This document shows positions 10,995-24,279 of a stretch of DNA of 64,000 nucleotides, piece after piece; the stretch's first letter is position 1; every line of letters begins with the position of its first letter. Source of the stretch: Azolla caroliniana (Eukaryota; Plantae; Polypodiophyta). The translations under genes and the position numbers were made by a program. The stretch spans positions 11,718,001 to 11,782,000 of the forward strand of contig JBHGNT010000017.1 in assembly GCA_043228905.1 (NCBI GenBank), read 5' to 3'. The notes below the pieces were generated by a model. That model was not told the DNA's origin. It did no database searches and saw only the letters and a program-made list of their open reading frames with translations.

Positions 10995-13069
10995 ACTATC
11001 ACTACAATCTAGCCTCTTGGTATTTGTGGTAAGCGAAACGATGAACTCGATTCCCGAAATTTGACATCTTTCGTTCTGTCCCCACGCTTCATTTGTTCTC
11101 GAGGAGATTGTCTTTGTGTAAGATTTAGAAGCTTGAGATGTTTTACTATGGTCCCCCCCACCCCTTGGAAAGCTCACCGAATCATGTGCTCAAAATCTTC
11201 AACACCTTGTGTATACTTTTGTATACCACTTTGCCACAAAATTCAACACAAATCTATAAATTTATTCGGTGAATGGAATCTTCTTCTACCCAAATTTCAA
11301 GAAACTCAGACTTTGTACAAGTAGGAGCCAATGTTTTATGAAACTCAACACCTTTCTCATAAAGCTCATCCAGAATCTAATCCAATAAAATACATTGTCA
11401 AACTACAAAAATATCTCATTGAATTATTCATGTGCGGGCAAGTTTACGACATGAGGTATCTCTTCTCTCTTGGTTATATTAAAAAAGTATTTGTAGTATT
11501 TACACATGGATAGAGTCAAGATCACTTTAGTTGAAATTATAGAAAGCCATTGTCTACGTCTTTCAACATATTCGAGACAAAGATGAACCAATATTTGTGC
11601 ACAGAAAAGGTCACTTCCCTTCCCTTTACTTACCTTCACTTACACACACCCTCCTCTCTCCCCTATATATGCATCACTATTGAGGATAATTTTAAAACAA
11701 TGAATCAATTTCTCCCAGGACCTTAACAAATAAACCACATAAAGTCTAGTTTCAAATGGTTCCTGTGAACATGGAGTTTAGACCACGCGTTTCATTTCTC
11801 TGTCAATATTAAGGTTGAAGAATTAATCTTAAAATTTGGAACTTATGATTGTAGTATGTAGATTACGATATTTTTGTTTTCCATATTTTAGATTAGTGCA
11901 CAAGAAGTTCCCACACTATGTAATGGGAGAGTCTTGAACAATTTATGATGTGTACACTAAGATTTGCGTTCTTTCATTGCATAAATTACTTTTAAAATAG
12001 CTTCACGAAACGCATAAAAAACCTTATACACATTATTGCCAACTCGACTCTCCTTACATATCAATTATATTCCTTTAATTGTGAGTGTGGCAATGTTTTT
12101 CAGAACATGTTCAATGTGCGTGATCACTCGAAATATAACATTATTAGAGTTTGGAAGGACGTAGAAGTGGTTGAAGACAAAATGGAATAATACATGCCTT
12201 CAAGCACTATCAGAAAGACAAGATAGTAAACACCAAAATCTGGTACCTAGAACATAATGGATTGTTGAAATCACATCAATATCTAAGGCTTGAATCGTAA
12301 TACAATCTAAAAGGTGCTAAAGAGTCATATAATCTATTATTGTAAATCTTACTACATTAAATAAAAAACACTTTCTATTCCAACACAAATTCATCATCTA
12401 CATTTCCATTTGTCAAATTGCTAGCGTTGCTCATTTCCTACAGGCATTTGAGATGCTACACTTGACAAGGATATGACGACCACGAAAATTTTATGCAAAA
12501 ACAAAATGCAAAATTCTTGTCCAAAAATTTCTTCAAATTGGAGACAACCATTAAGAGACCATTTTAAAGAGGATAGGAAGAAACAAAAGTCAAAAAGTTG
12601 GTTGATTACCTGAATACATTAGGATTCTATTCTATCAAAATGATCCAAAATACAAAAAATCGGTTCCAAATGGACTATTGGAAAAGTGAGGAAAACTGTT
12701 GTTATGAAGATACGCATGTAAAGTAAGAGTGGGACCACTAGGACAGGAAGGTTGATTCAACAAAACTCTCCATTTCCCCAAGAGTATCAAACTCTAACGA
12801 AACAGCTGTTGAGACCTAGTTATTAGCTCATCCTCTTCCGTAATTCCATTTTCTTTTAATCGATTTTCAAATTTAATTATCTTTATGACATTTGTTTTTT
12901 CAATATTTTCGATTTTGCACATTGAAAAACCAAAATATTTCTTTATTATTGAGATGAAAACTTTTATTTCATCGATTTGGGGATGAAAGTAAATTTCTTG
13001 AACTATTCTTGTCCCTCTCACTAATAGCCTACAACAAAAAACCATCTCTTGCATCACTTCTAAGGCTAT

Positions 13070-14170
13070 ATTTGTTACGCTTGTCGTTTGGTCTTACAAT
13101 AAGGCATTACGCTTGCATCACTCTGAACTCCAAGCATTGGCTGAGCCATTGTCAAGCACCTTCATTTTCATTTGAGGATGATAGAGTGGGATGCTAACTC
13201 TTGCACAAAGAACTATTAGTGTAGCTCAACATCACCAATCATGACTTTCCCACTAGTGGAAAGGCCACAAACATCTTTTATTACTCTTGTTGTTGCCGGA
13301 ATATTCCACACATGGATAATGTTGGTTGGTGGTTGACACTTTCGGTAGAAATCTAGGAACATAAGATTGATCACTCGGCTAAGGTTGATCAATGCCACCA
13401 CTAGTTCTTTCAAATCCCGAATTCGAACAAGAGTCTCAATCATATCTCTAACCCAATGTGGCTTTGTAGTGGTTGTCCACCTAATCCAACCACTGATTTG
13501 AGGCAGGTGTTGGACTATCTAATCTCCTTTCTTCCAACACTTGCCTCAAATCGGTGGTTTGCTCTATGATTGAGTGAAACTTGAATGTTGGACCTAAATT
13601 ATCTCTTAAATTCCCTTTTTTGTTCAATGTTGGGCATGTTAGCAACTCTTCTCTTCCACGAACAAATTCCCTTGTATTGTGTTTCTTCTAAGGACCCACC
13701 CACTCATTTGTTCTTTTCATCTTTTCTTTGACAAGGATTTCATAGTTCTTGTATACGGTCTCAACAAAGCCCCTCTTCTCTTCTACAGAGTCATTCCACC
13801 CTATCATTGCTTGCGATTTTCACTTAGATTCATCATCGTCATCCATTTGGAGATTCCATTTTCCAACATTCTCTACAACATTTAGCCAAAATTCTCCTTC
13901 ACGTGGCTTAGCCTCTCATGTTATTTCCACCATATCATTTGTTGACCTTTTCGCTTGACTTCATTAGCGTCATCCATTAAGAGGTTCTTTTTTCCAACAT
14001 GTTCTACAATAATGGGCCAAAATTCTCCTTCACGTGGCATGGCCTCTCATATCCTTTCCAACTTGAAAAACAACTTACATGGAATCATAGGTGTAGTGAA
14101 CATCCATCAACTTTTCATTCCTCCATGAGTGAAATTGGTGCTTAGGGGTCGTCATTATTGGAGATGAAGA
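13070..14170 (-). pseudogene. Highly degenerate gypsy gag/protease remnant of a different lineage
   Basis: HWVRDMIETLVRIRDLKELVVALINLSRVINLM...KVMIGDVE..FFVQE resembles the decayed ALIDHGSEINLM protease; TDLRQVLEERRLD upstream. Confidence 0.55.
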
Positions 14171-14198
14171 CCGTTAGTGGAGAATGTGAACAACACTA

Positions 14199-14493
14199 TG
14201 TGATGAAGATCACCAAGTTGACGACGAAGGTCAGCAAGGCAACTTAACAAAGCTCAAGATCAAAGAGACACAGTGAGAGGGAAAGAGATAGAGACCCACA
14301 CAATGTAACAGTCTTATTCCCAATCTTACAATACAAGAATGGCACTAACACCATCTATCAACCACACCGTCAACTAGGTTACAAAGCCAGTTATATACTA
14401 ATGGGGCTAGGGCAACAACCCTTTGACATATTTATCTAAATGTCCTAAACCTAGTTTGTCCAAGTGGGACTGTGTGAATACGGCCATTATACA
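14199..14493 (-). repeat. Putative LTR (solo, or 5' LTR of the 13.1-14.2 kb remnant)
   Basis: TGT...ACA ends, minus-strand TATATAA; no TSD or clear PBS found. Confidence 0.3.
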
Positions 14494-15466
14494 CCTTCAT
14501 TAGCCTCTTCTTTGTTAGCCTCTTCTTCTATATAAGGAGTAAGCATTTGCAAGATATCGACTTCAAATAATGGAATGATCTTTGGGTTATCTTCAAAATA
14601 TTGAGCTTCTTCTGCCTCCTCTAATCCTTCCATCATATTTGCTGCTTCTGCATGAACTTGCATACACTATCAGGTTGTGCTCACCTTTTCTTGTGTTGAC
14701 ACTAGAATATTATTCGTACCCTTCCGAAATGTTAAGGTGTTCTTGTTCCAAATCTGTTTAATATTTGTTGTTTCTAGCAAGGGTCGGCCTAATAATAATG
14801 GATATGCCCCAGGAGCATTTAAATAAACTACTACCACCAAGATTTAGAAAGTGTGGCCCTCGACAATGAAAACAAGGGATTGTGGGTTCAAGTCCCACTG
14901 AGTTTGCCAAAATTATTGTGTTGTTCAACCGACAGCCGATAACTATACCTACCTAGCCGACACAATGGGTCGAACTTCCTGATATGACCGCTCTATCAAA
15001 ATGATTATGGTAGGAGGATGAATAGTTGTACTAGACCTTGCTATCTGAATAACTATGATCGACTATTAGATCTTAATATATTTACTTAGTGAACATAGCA
15101 AATCCGAGATGGACTCCTAGAAGAACAATACATAGTAAAGTTTGTTGACACAGATATACTCTAATCACTAACTTATATTAATTTCAAAATAGAACATTCA
15201 AAATACAATGCTTTGGGTCTCTTTTTATAGATAATCCGAGAGTCTTTTACCAAGAATACACTTGCCCTTGTTCGGCAAGAACTAATACAAAAATTGTCCT
15301 AACTAATTCTAATATATATTTTTGTCTATTCGGCAAAATGTTGACTCATCGATCCGCGTCATCGATCTGCTCTGACTTTCTTGTACTCCCAAACATTGTC
15401 GACTCCGACCCTTTCACATCTCATCGACTCCGACTCGCCGACCCTGTACCTGACCGGCTACCAACA
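14494..15466 (-). mobile_element. Gypsy remnant: 5' LTR 14919-15466, long PBS, protease C-terminal fragment related to family A
   Basis: TGTTG...CAACA LTR with TATAAAA on minus; PBS 14878-14909; FIVEGHTF..GAYPLLLGRP..IKQIWNKNTLTFRKG. Confidence 0.78.
14878..14909 (-). promoter_or_regulatory. Extended (32 nt) tRNA-Arg-like primer-binding site
   Basis: Plus strand GATTGTGGGTTCAAGTCCCACTGAGTTTGCCA = full T-arm + acceptor strand + CCA, 9 nt from the LTR. Confidence 0.75.
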
Positions 15467-15743
15467 TACTTTTGGGAGTCATTGTCTGATGCTCAATTGG
15501 AGATTTAAATACTTGTTAGTACTTTAGTCAGTCCTTTAAGGACTAGTATAAATAGTGTCGTTAAGCGCATTTGTATGTACAAAGTATTTTGTGTGTTTTG
15601 GAATATAGATGTTTTCTATTGTGCTCAACTTTGTCTCTCCCATGTACGTGTGTTTAAGGTTTTCATTAAACCATCATCTCTATCTTTTGTTGTTATCTAG
15701 CTAAGCCGGTTTGTCATAGCTTCCGCATATATTTACTTTTACA

Positions 15744-17765
15744 TGTCTTAAGTTCAGCTTCTGCCCGAAATACAGCTCATGTGCCGACACATTTTTTCTG
15801 ATCTGATTTTGGATATAGACCGCGGTTCGAACCTCTTCGGCCCATTAGAATTTGGGCATGCTCTTCTCCTCCAACATTGCTTGTGCTGCTACAACAATCG
15901 ACTAATTTTTCGTCTCAACTACTCCATCCTACTTTGGCGTATATCAACGATTGAATTCTCTCTAAAATCCCATATGTTGTAGATAATAGTTGAATTTGCT
16001 AGGGAAGTACTCTTTTCCGCCATCCGACCACAGACACTTAATCTTCCTCTTCATTTCCCTTTTGATAAGGCTTTTTAGGTTCCGGAAACATCCTAATACT
16101 TTGCTTTTCTTCTCAATGAGATAAATCCATGTGTGTCAATTGTAGTCATCGATGAAGGAGAGAAAGTATCGACTCCCACCAAGGCTCACATTCTATGCCA
16201 GTCCCCATACATCCAAATGCATCAAGTTGAACTTGTTCCGACTCCAGTTTTGCTCATTGGGGAATGCATAGCTTTTTGCATAGCTAATTGTTTCCACGCG
16301 CATGCTTTCTCCCAGTACTAGTTGAGTGTTGATGAATACTAGGTAGAAGTGATTTATGGTCACACGAATAGAGAAGAATAAAATTGATTGATTGGAGGAG
16401 ATTGAGGAGAGACGCAAGCTTCTAGATGTAAGTATTGAAATTTTGATACCATATCTGGGCACTTGTTTCAAGCCGTAAAGGCTTTCCTTCAATCGACTCA
16501 TGAGATGACCTTCCTCCCTCGTCACTGTGAACCCTGTTGTCTAGGACATCTATATGCCCTCTTTTAGATCTCCATGGAGGAACGTTGTCTTTACGTCCAG
16601 CTACCCCAATTCAAGGTCTTCCATCACTCTACTCCAAGGAGGAGTAAGAGGGTCATAATTTTGACTACAAGAGAGAAGATCTCATTGTAGTCCATGCCAC
16701 GGTCTTGTTTGAACCCTTTTACGATGAGCTGAGCTTTGTATTTGGGCTTGTCTGTACTGGATACATATTTGTACCTGAAAACCCATTTGTATGGCAACGA
16801 CTTTCTTCGGGTTGGTAGCTTGAACAACTTCCATGTATCATTCTCTTTTATCGGGTCCATTTTAGACCTAATGGCTTATAGCCATGTGTGGGTGTCCGGC
16901 GTGGCCATTGCTTTCTCGTAGAAGATTGTTTGCCTACATCCATATCATTGACATAGTCTAAGCTCGGTGTATAAAACTCATTCGGACTTCGGATTTGTCC
17001 AGATCTCCTTGTTGCCAATTTGATTGGTTTAGATTGATCGATCGGCTTGAATATTCGACCAAAGTTGTGAACCTTTATGTGAAAGAGATCGTGGGGGGGA
17101 TCCGCCACAAAAATCATTGTTCCCTGGTGTCGGATCATCCTCTTCCTTAGGAGTTGGCTAGTTAGTGGGTGCCTTGGCTGGTTCAAGTTGGCCATTTGGC
17201 ATCCTAGCTGATTTGGCTTTGATCAATTTTCTAGCCGATTTGAAGTTGGCTATTGGAGCTTTCACCAATTCGGGTTTGGCTGGGTTGTTGTTGGTTGATT
17301 CAGATTTAGATAGTTTATTTATATTCGGGAATCAACATGTCTTCTTCAAATTCAAAAGTGACCTTTTTGCTGTTTTTTTATTGGAATCAGTCAGAGAGAA
17401 TAGAGTCTTCATTGAAGACTATGTCACTACTCCGGTTCAATTTCCAGTTCTTTGGATCCCATAACCGATTGCTGAATTCCAAAATGTTCCATAACCAAGA
17501 AATATACTTTTTGTGGAATGGGGTTCCAACTCGGCCCTTCTGTCCCTTAGAATAAAGGCATAGGCGTTGCATCTAAATGTACAAAGCCAATTGTAGGCCG
17601 GTTGTCTTCCCGACGATAGTGGTTGTGGCATCTGGAGACAAATTCCTTTTGACAAAGATACATTTATCAAGTAGACTATTGTCTGCAATGCCTCGGCCCA
17701 AAACTCCAACTTTAGTCTGTCCTGCTTGAGCATTGCCATCACTATCTCCTGAATGTGTTCATCTG
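15744..17765 (-). mobile_element. Chimeric copia pol remnants (family-D-like integrase ~15744-16330; family-B-like integrase/RT ~16440-17760)
   Basis: LMHLDVWG, FIDD; FWAEALQT, KWVFRYK..KYKA, LKESLYGLKQ. Confidence 0.8.
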
Positions 17766-18046
17766 TGTTGGCATAAAAGGCCGACTCCTTCCAACTTGTA
17801 TGCGTCCTAGTGTGACCTCGTGTATAAGTTAGGGCTTAGTATATAAGCAATAACCTAACTTTGTAACAGAGACGAATCCTTTGGTTAATGTTGTATTGTA
17901 TCTCTGAGAGAGAGAGAGGGAGAACAAAAGAAAGCTTCCATTAAAACTCTCATTGTGTAAGTCTCCGCCTTTCTATTTTCTGTGTGTTGTTTTCTAAGAA
18001 TACGAAGACAGATCCTCATATGTTTCCGCATACCCATTACACATCA
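17766..18046 (+). repeat. 5' LTR of copia B
   Basis: TGTTGGCA...CATCA followed by Met-type PBS; similar to 28439-28742. Confidence 0.88.
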
Positions 18047-18471
18047 ACTGGTATTAGAGCGACCTTGCTGCTCAACGGCAATAGACAACAAAAATAGTTG
18101 AAAGAAACGACCAGGTCAGTAACATCCGGTATAGGAGTTGAAATCAGAAAATTCATAGACAAAAACTTTGCCCTTTGGAAGGAGATGATGCAAGATGTGT
18201 TGATCATTTGAAGACAATTCGAAGCCATTCGACACAATGAAAAGTCTGCTTCAATGATAGCCGAAAAGTGGTAATCGATACACGAGATCGCACGCTCCAT
18301 CATCCGAATGCATCTGGCCGAAAACGTCTATTTCAACATGGCGAAAGAGACGACAACGTTCTCATTGTGGGAGAAGCTACAATCCGTGTATGAGAACAAA
18401 TCCACATCTTCGAAACTGATTTTGATCAAACAACTATTCAACATCAAGATGAGAGAAACTGATCCGGCTAC

Positions 18472-19332
18472 TACTGGGAGATAGTTCCCTCCGGATGGGA
18501 AGGGAGGAGAACAGTGCTGACGAACAATCTCGGCCGAGGCCGAAACCGGAAGAGGAGTACCCGGCTACGAAGAGCCGGATGATGCAGACCCGGTGTGAAC
18601 CGGATGAAGAGTACCCGGCTACAGAGAGCTGGATGGTGCAGACCCGGTGTGAGCCGGATGAAGAGTACCCGGCTACGGAGAGCCGGATGGTGTAGACCCG
18701 GTGTGAACCGGATGAAGAGTACCCGGCTATGGAGAGCCAGATGGTGCAGACCTGGTGTGAACCGGATGGAGAGTACCCGGCTATGGAGAGCCGGATGGTG
18801 CAAACCCGGTATGAACCGGATGAAGAGTACCCGGTTACAGAGAGCCAGATGGTACAGACCCGGTATGAACCGGATGAAGAGACATATTAGTAAATATGTT
18901 TCTGATAGTCCATTGCGGCTACATTTGTAAATAGCCGAAAAGTCATATTAGTATAAATATGACTTAGGGCAAACTTTTAGGTATAGTTATTGTCATTCTT
19001 GTTGGTGCAAGAATAGAGAGTGTGCGTAACTGTACAGAGAGAGAGAGAGAGAGAAAGAGGTCGTTGCCTCTGTTGTAACCGCCGCCTGTGGCGAAGATCT
19101 GTGAGCACGAGGTCGGTACCTCAGTGAACTCAGTGTTGTACATTTCATCATAGTGATAGTTTGCAGCCTGTTGGCTGCCGTGGTTTTTTCCCCTAGTTTG
19201 GGGTTTTCCACGTAAACCTCATGTGTACCTTGTCTCTTCTTTGTGTCGCGTTTTATTTCCCGTTTTCTGTGTATCATTGTAAGCGCGGTTGTGGCCGAGC
19301 GTTGCGCATAAGGAACGTTGTAGTTCCCGGCA
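18472..19332 (+). mobile_element. Copia solo LTR inside gag of B
   Basis: TSD GCTAC (18467-18471 / 19333-19337); host reads ETDPAT|SHINTF; homologous to LTR 49443-50151. Confidence 0.92.
18546..18883 (+). repeat. 54-bp tandem repeat (~6.2 copies) in LTR U3
   Basis: Unit CCGGATGAAGAGTACCCGGCTACGGAGAGCCGGATGGTGCAGACCCGGTGTGAA. Confidence 0.95.
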
Positions 19333-20205
19333 GCTACCTCCCACATTAACACCTTCAGTCGGTGTTGTTAGAACTCTCCTCACAAGGGATCAACTTCGAA
19401 GAAGAAGTGAAAGCCCTTGCCCTCCTATCAAGCTTGCCGGTGAGTTGGGAGGTATTCTGTACAACGTACGCTAATAGCCGATCGATCCTGAATCTGGACG
19501 AAACAATCGGCCAAGTCCTGACCGGCAAAAGTCGATGGGATTTATCATCGAAGAGTTGATAGAATCCCATCACTCAACCGAGTTGGTCAACTGACAGAGT
19601 CGATCGAAAGAACAAGTCGACAGAGCTGGTCAATGCTATAGTCGATCTAAAACGAGGGGAGATCGACAACAATAGAAGTCAAGAACGGGCCGATCAAGCG
19701 AATTCTACACACATTGCAGAAAAGCTGGCCACAATGTTTTTGACTGCTGGTCAATCAAGAGGAAAGAGAGTGGTCGGTGATCCGGGCGGAATCAAGGACG
19801 ATCTGATTCGGACCACTCTCCAGTCGGCAACCAAGTCAATGTTACCAACACCTGATCCGGAGAAATCCTCTCCTTAGAGGATTCAATGATCGGAGAAGTC
19901 CTCTACAATGCACAAGATGCACAAACATGTTTACTGGACTCTGGTGCAACATTTCATGTTAGACATAAGCTCTAATGTAAGCATATGATAAGGATAAATG
20001 TTAGATAGGTAGAAAGGAGAGAGAGAAAGAAAGGTGTCGATCCACCCGACCACCCCCGAGCGAAGGGATTGAGACAGAATCGAGCCTTGATCGACGTCCC
20101 ATACCACCGCCATGTCGTCGAGTCGTACCTGGTGCTGGCACGCTCACTACAAGAATTAACCCACCAGGAAACAGAGTCTCAACATAGTCAACAAATCATC
20201 AAATG

Positions 20206-20747
20206 TGTTGGGAATATGTCCCTCGAGTGGGAAGAGAATCCGACTTTTCGGAAAGCCGACAGTCGAAGAGTCGAAAAATAGTGAGTCGACTGTTTCTTTA
20301 ATAGTTCGATTTTTATTATTGTAATAATAATAATGATGATATGTAGCAGAGGCTACATTTGTAAATAGCCCATACAATGTATAAATATAAATACACTTAG
20401 GGCAAAAATGCTAGTGTGTGCAAGGGCATTATTATGCGTGAGAGGTGTGTAGAACAAAAAATAGTGAGCGTTGAGCGAGGTAGCGCAAGGTGAGAGCAAA
20501 GGGACAAAGAGAGAGCGGTGCCTTAGATGTGTGCGTAATAGCAGACGCCAAGTGCCCTACATGGCTGATACACTTGAAAGTGTGTTGTAACATATCCTCT
20601 GTTGTATAGCCATTGTATAGTGAAGTTATGTTCTTCGTGGTTTTCTCCTGTTTTAGGATTTCCACGTTAAAACTTTGTGCACTTTTTCTTGTGAAGTGTG
20701 TTGTGTATTCCAGCGTAATCGTGGGTTTTGTTAATAGATTCTCATCA
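20206..20747 (+). repeat. 5' LTR of copia C
   Basis: TGTTG...CATCA; direct repeat of 26767-27308. Confidence 0.95.
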
Positions 20748-20776
20748 AATTGGTATCAGAGCTTGAATTGTAAGCA

Positions 20777-23700
20777 TGGAAGGAGGTGTGAGCGGTTTCC
20801 CAGGCATGATAGTTCTAAACTCACAGAACTATGCAGACTGGAAGATAAAGATGGAAGAGCTTCTCATCGTGAAAGACCTGTACGAGCCAGTCAATAGAAC
20901 AGAAATACCCAAGGGGGGATTGGAGTCAGACTGAAGCTTCTAAATAGAAAGGCGGTGGCCACTATCCGACAATGCGTCGATGTAAGTGTCCTTCAGTATG
21001 TGGCGAATGACACAAATGCCCATCAGATGTGGCAGAAGCTGTTGGGTCTATATGAGAGGAAGAACACGCTCAATAAAACCTCACTGATGAGAAAAATCGT
21101 ACGGCTGAAATATAGAGACGGTGAGAGCATCATCGAACACATCAACACATTCATGGGGTATGTAAATCAACTTGCTACAACCAAGTCCCCCCTAGATGAT
21201 GCAATACATGCCATTCTGTTGATGTGCACACTGCTAGATAGCTGGGAGAACCTGGTGGTTACTCTCAGCATCTCCTGTCAAGAAGAGAACTTGTCTTTAT
21301 AGACGGTGAAGACAAGCATCCTAAATGAGGAGGCTAGGAGGAAGGACAAAGGAGTCATGTCCCAATCAGAGTTGAATGTGACTCAACAGTCGGACAAAGG
21401 AAGTGACTGGCGAAGAAGAAGTCCGCAATAAAAGGACAAATCCCACACTAGATCGAAGTCTAGAGGTAAGCCTATGTGCTTTTATTGTGGAAAGCCTGGA
21501 CACTTCCGGAAGAACTACTGAGACATGAAGAAAGACAAGAGTGTCGGAAACAATGTCGAGCCCAAGAAGATTCTTGATGAGAAGAACACTTCGGCCATTG
21601 CTATGAGCAATGAAGAACTCATGTTCATTTGTGAATAGACAAGTGCAAATCTTGTGAGTGAAGATTGCACGTGGGTGATTGATTTTGGGGCACCATTCCA
21701 CATAACCCCATCAAGAGAGTATTTCTCGACTTACATAGCTGGCGATCATGGCTATGTAAAGATGGGTGATAGTGGAGAGTGCAAGGTAACCGGAGTCGGA
21801 AGTGTTTGCTTAACGACGTCGACGGGGTGTCAACTGACACTGAAGGATGTTCGACACGTCCCCAATATCAGATTGAATTTGATATCGACTAGAAGGCTTC
21901 ATGACGAAGGCTATAGTGGTAGCTTTCGGAATGGCAAGTGGAAGTGCTATCGAGGAAGTCTCATAGTGGCCCGAGCACAAAAAGAAGGCACATTGTATAT
22001 GATGCATGCCCGATTGTGCAAATCAGAAGTGAATGTGGTAGCCGACTTGGCAGGGGAAATATGCCATAAGAGGCTAGGCCACATGAGTGAGAAGGGAATG
22101 CACCTGCTAGCTAACCAGAAAATTCTATTAGAAGTCAAGGGAGTGCACCTGGAGAAGTGTGTCGACTACTTAGGCAGAAAGCAGAACAAAGCTGCATTCC
22201 ATACAAGAACACCAAGAAGAAGAGAAGTGCCACTGGAACTAGTGCACACGGATGTGTGCTATGCGGATGTGCCATTGCATTGAGGTGGACAGTACTTTGT
22301 AACATTTATTGATGACTATAGTCGGAAGACATGGGCCTTTGTACTGAAGTCGAAGGATCAAGTATTGTCGTTTTTCAAGGAGTTCCAGGCAAGAGCTGAA
22401 AGAGAGTCGGGTCGGAAGTTGAAGGTTGTCCGAACCGACAATGGTGGCGAGTATAAAGGGCAGTTCGAGCAATATTGCAAGTGCTAGGGTATTCGAATCG
22501 AATACACAGTGTCAAAGACCCCAGAGTTGAATGGGCTTGCAGAGAGGATGAATCGAACGATCATGGAGAGAGTAAGGAGCATGCTCTCTCATGCGAAACT
22601 TCCAAAATCCTATTGGGCTGAGGCATGTACACAGTTGTTTTATCTTATCAACAGGTCTCCCTTAGTACCATTGAAGGGTGATGTTCCACAGAGAGTGTGG
22701 ACAAGAAAGGATGTCTCCTATCATCACCCAAGGGTTTTCGAATGTTTAGGTTATATGCATGTACCGAAGGATCGGAGGTCAAAGCTCGACAGCAAGCCGA
22801 AAGCATGCATATTCATGGGATACTCGGAAGATGAGTTCGGCTACAGGTTATGGAACATAGTCGACAAGAAGGTAGTGAGAAGTCGGGATGTAGTTTTTCT
22901 TGAGGATAAGACAGATGAAGACTAGAAGCAACAGAAATCGAAATTGACTCCCCAGTCAACCTCGACTACCATCGACTTAAGGCCATCTGAGTCATCATTG
23001 ATAGCTATGTGGAGACATCTAGCCGACAGAGCCAAATCTGAGTCGGTCGACTCGGAGACACCGATTGAGTATGAGTCAGAATCGGCAGAGCTGCTAAAGT
23101 CAATTGATGAATATGAGTTGGAGTTATCCAACCTGGAGACGCTGATTGACAAGCAGAATCCCGAGTGGAGAGAAGAGTTGGCAGAGACATCTGAAAGAGA
23201 GCCAACAACAAGTGGAAGGAGATACCCACTCAGAGAAAGAAAAGCATCAACAACATATGTCAGTCAATACATCCTCTTGACTGATGAAGGTGAACCAGAG
23301 TGCTATGAAGAAGCCATTGCAGATGAGCACAGAGAGAAATGGCTGAGCGCGATGCAAGATGAGGTGGAATCCTTGCACGAGAACTACAACTATGACCTAG
23401 TAGAGCTGTCGAAAAGTAAGAGAGCACTCAGGAACAAGTGGTTCTACAAGGTGAAGACTGGAGAAGTCGAGAACAAGCCTAGGTATAAAGCCCGCATAGT
23501 GGTGAAAGGTTTCCAACAGAAGAAGGGCGTCGACTTTGAAGAAATATTCACACCAGTCGTGAAGATGACATCCATTCAAACTGTTCTGAGCATAGCAGCC
23601 AATATGGACCTGGAGATTGAACAATTGAATGTCAAAACCGCATTTCTACATGGGGAGCTAGAAGAAGAGATCTATATGCAACAACTTGAAGGCTTTGAGG

Positions 23701-24279
23701 AGAAAGGGAAAGAGAATCTAGTGTATCAACTGAAGAAAAGCTTGTATGGTTTGAAACAAGCTCCACGCCAATGGTACAGGAAGTTTGAGTCCTTCATGAT
23801 GGAACACCGGTTCCAGAAAACACAGGTTGATCACTCTGTGTTTGTTAAAAGGTATGACGAAGGAGACTTCTTGATTCTCTTGCTATATGTTGATGACATG
23901 TTGATGGTGGGTCAAGATACAAGGAAGATCAGAAGCTTGAAGAAAGCTCTCGGTAAATCGTTTGCCATGAAAGACCTTGGACCGGCTAAACAAATCTTGG
24001 GAATGCACATAGTTCAAGATAGAACTCAAAAGGTGCTATGGGTGTCACAACAGAAGTATGTGACAAAGATCCTAGAAAGGTTCACCATGTCAGACGCAAA
24101 GCCTGTCGGCTTGGTGTTGCCGACAAACTACAGGTTGAATGTGACACATTGCCCGAAAGGGGAGAATGAAAAGGTTGAGATGAGGAAGGTACCGTACGCC
24201 TCGACCGTCGGCAGTCTAATTTACGCTATGGTCTGTACGAGACCAAACATAGCATTTGATGTGGGAGTAGTAAGCCAAT
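20777..24279 (+). pseudogene. pol: Copia C gag-pol (gag to RT; RNase H continues at 26174-26760)
   Basis: CFYCGKPGH, WVIDFGA, HKRLGH, NGLAERMN, YKARIVVKG, SLYGLKQ, YVDDM. Confidence 0.93.

Noticed and set aside
14878-14909. Intact tRNA gene
   Set aside because: Only the T-arm and 3' acceptor strand with encoded CCA are present; there is no 5' half, and the position next to an LTR identifies it as a PBS.
15467-15743. Possible copia LTR fragment (TATAAATA, CTTCCGC...TTTTACA)
   Set aside because: No second copy, PBS, PPT or TSD to define it.
18546-18883. CRISPR-like or repeat-protein ORFs (18471-18803, 18595-18930)
   Set aside because: Head-to-tail 54-bp units without unique spacers, inside a TSD-flanked solo LTR; the ORFs arise because the unit length is a multiple of 3.
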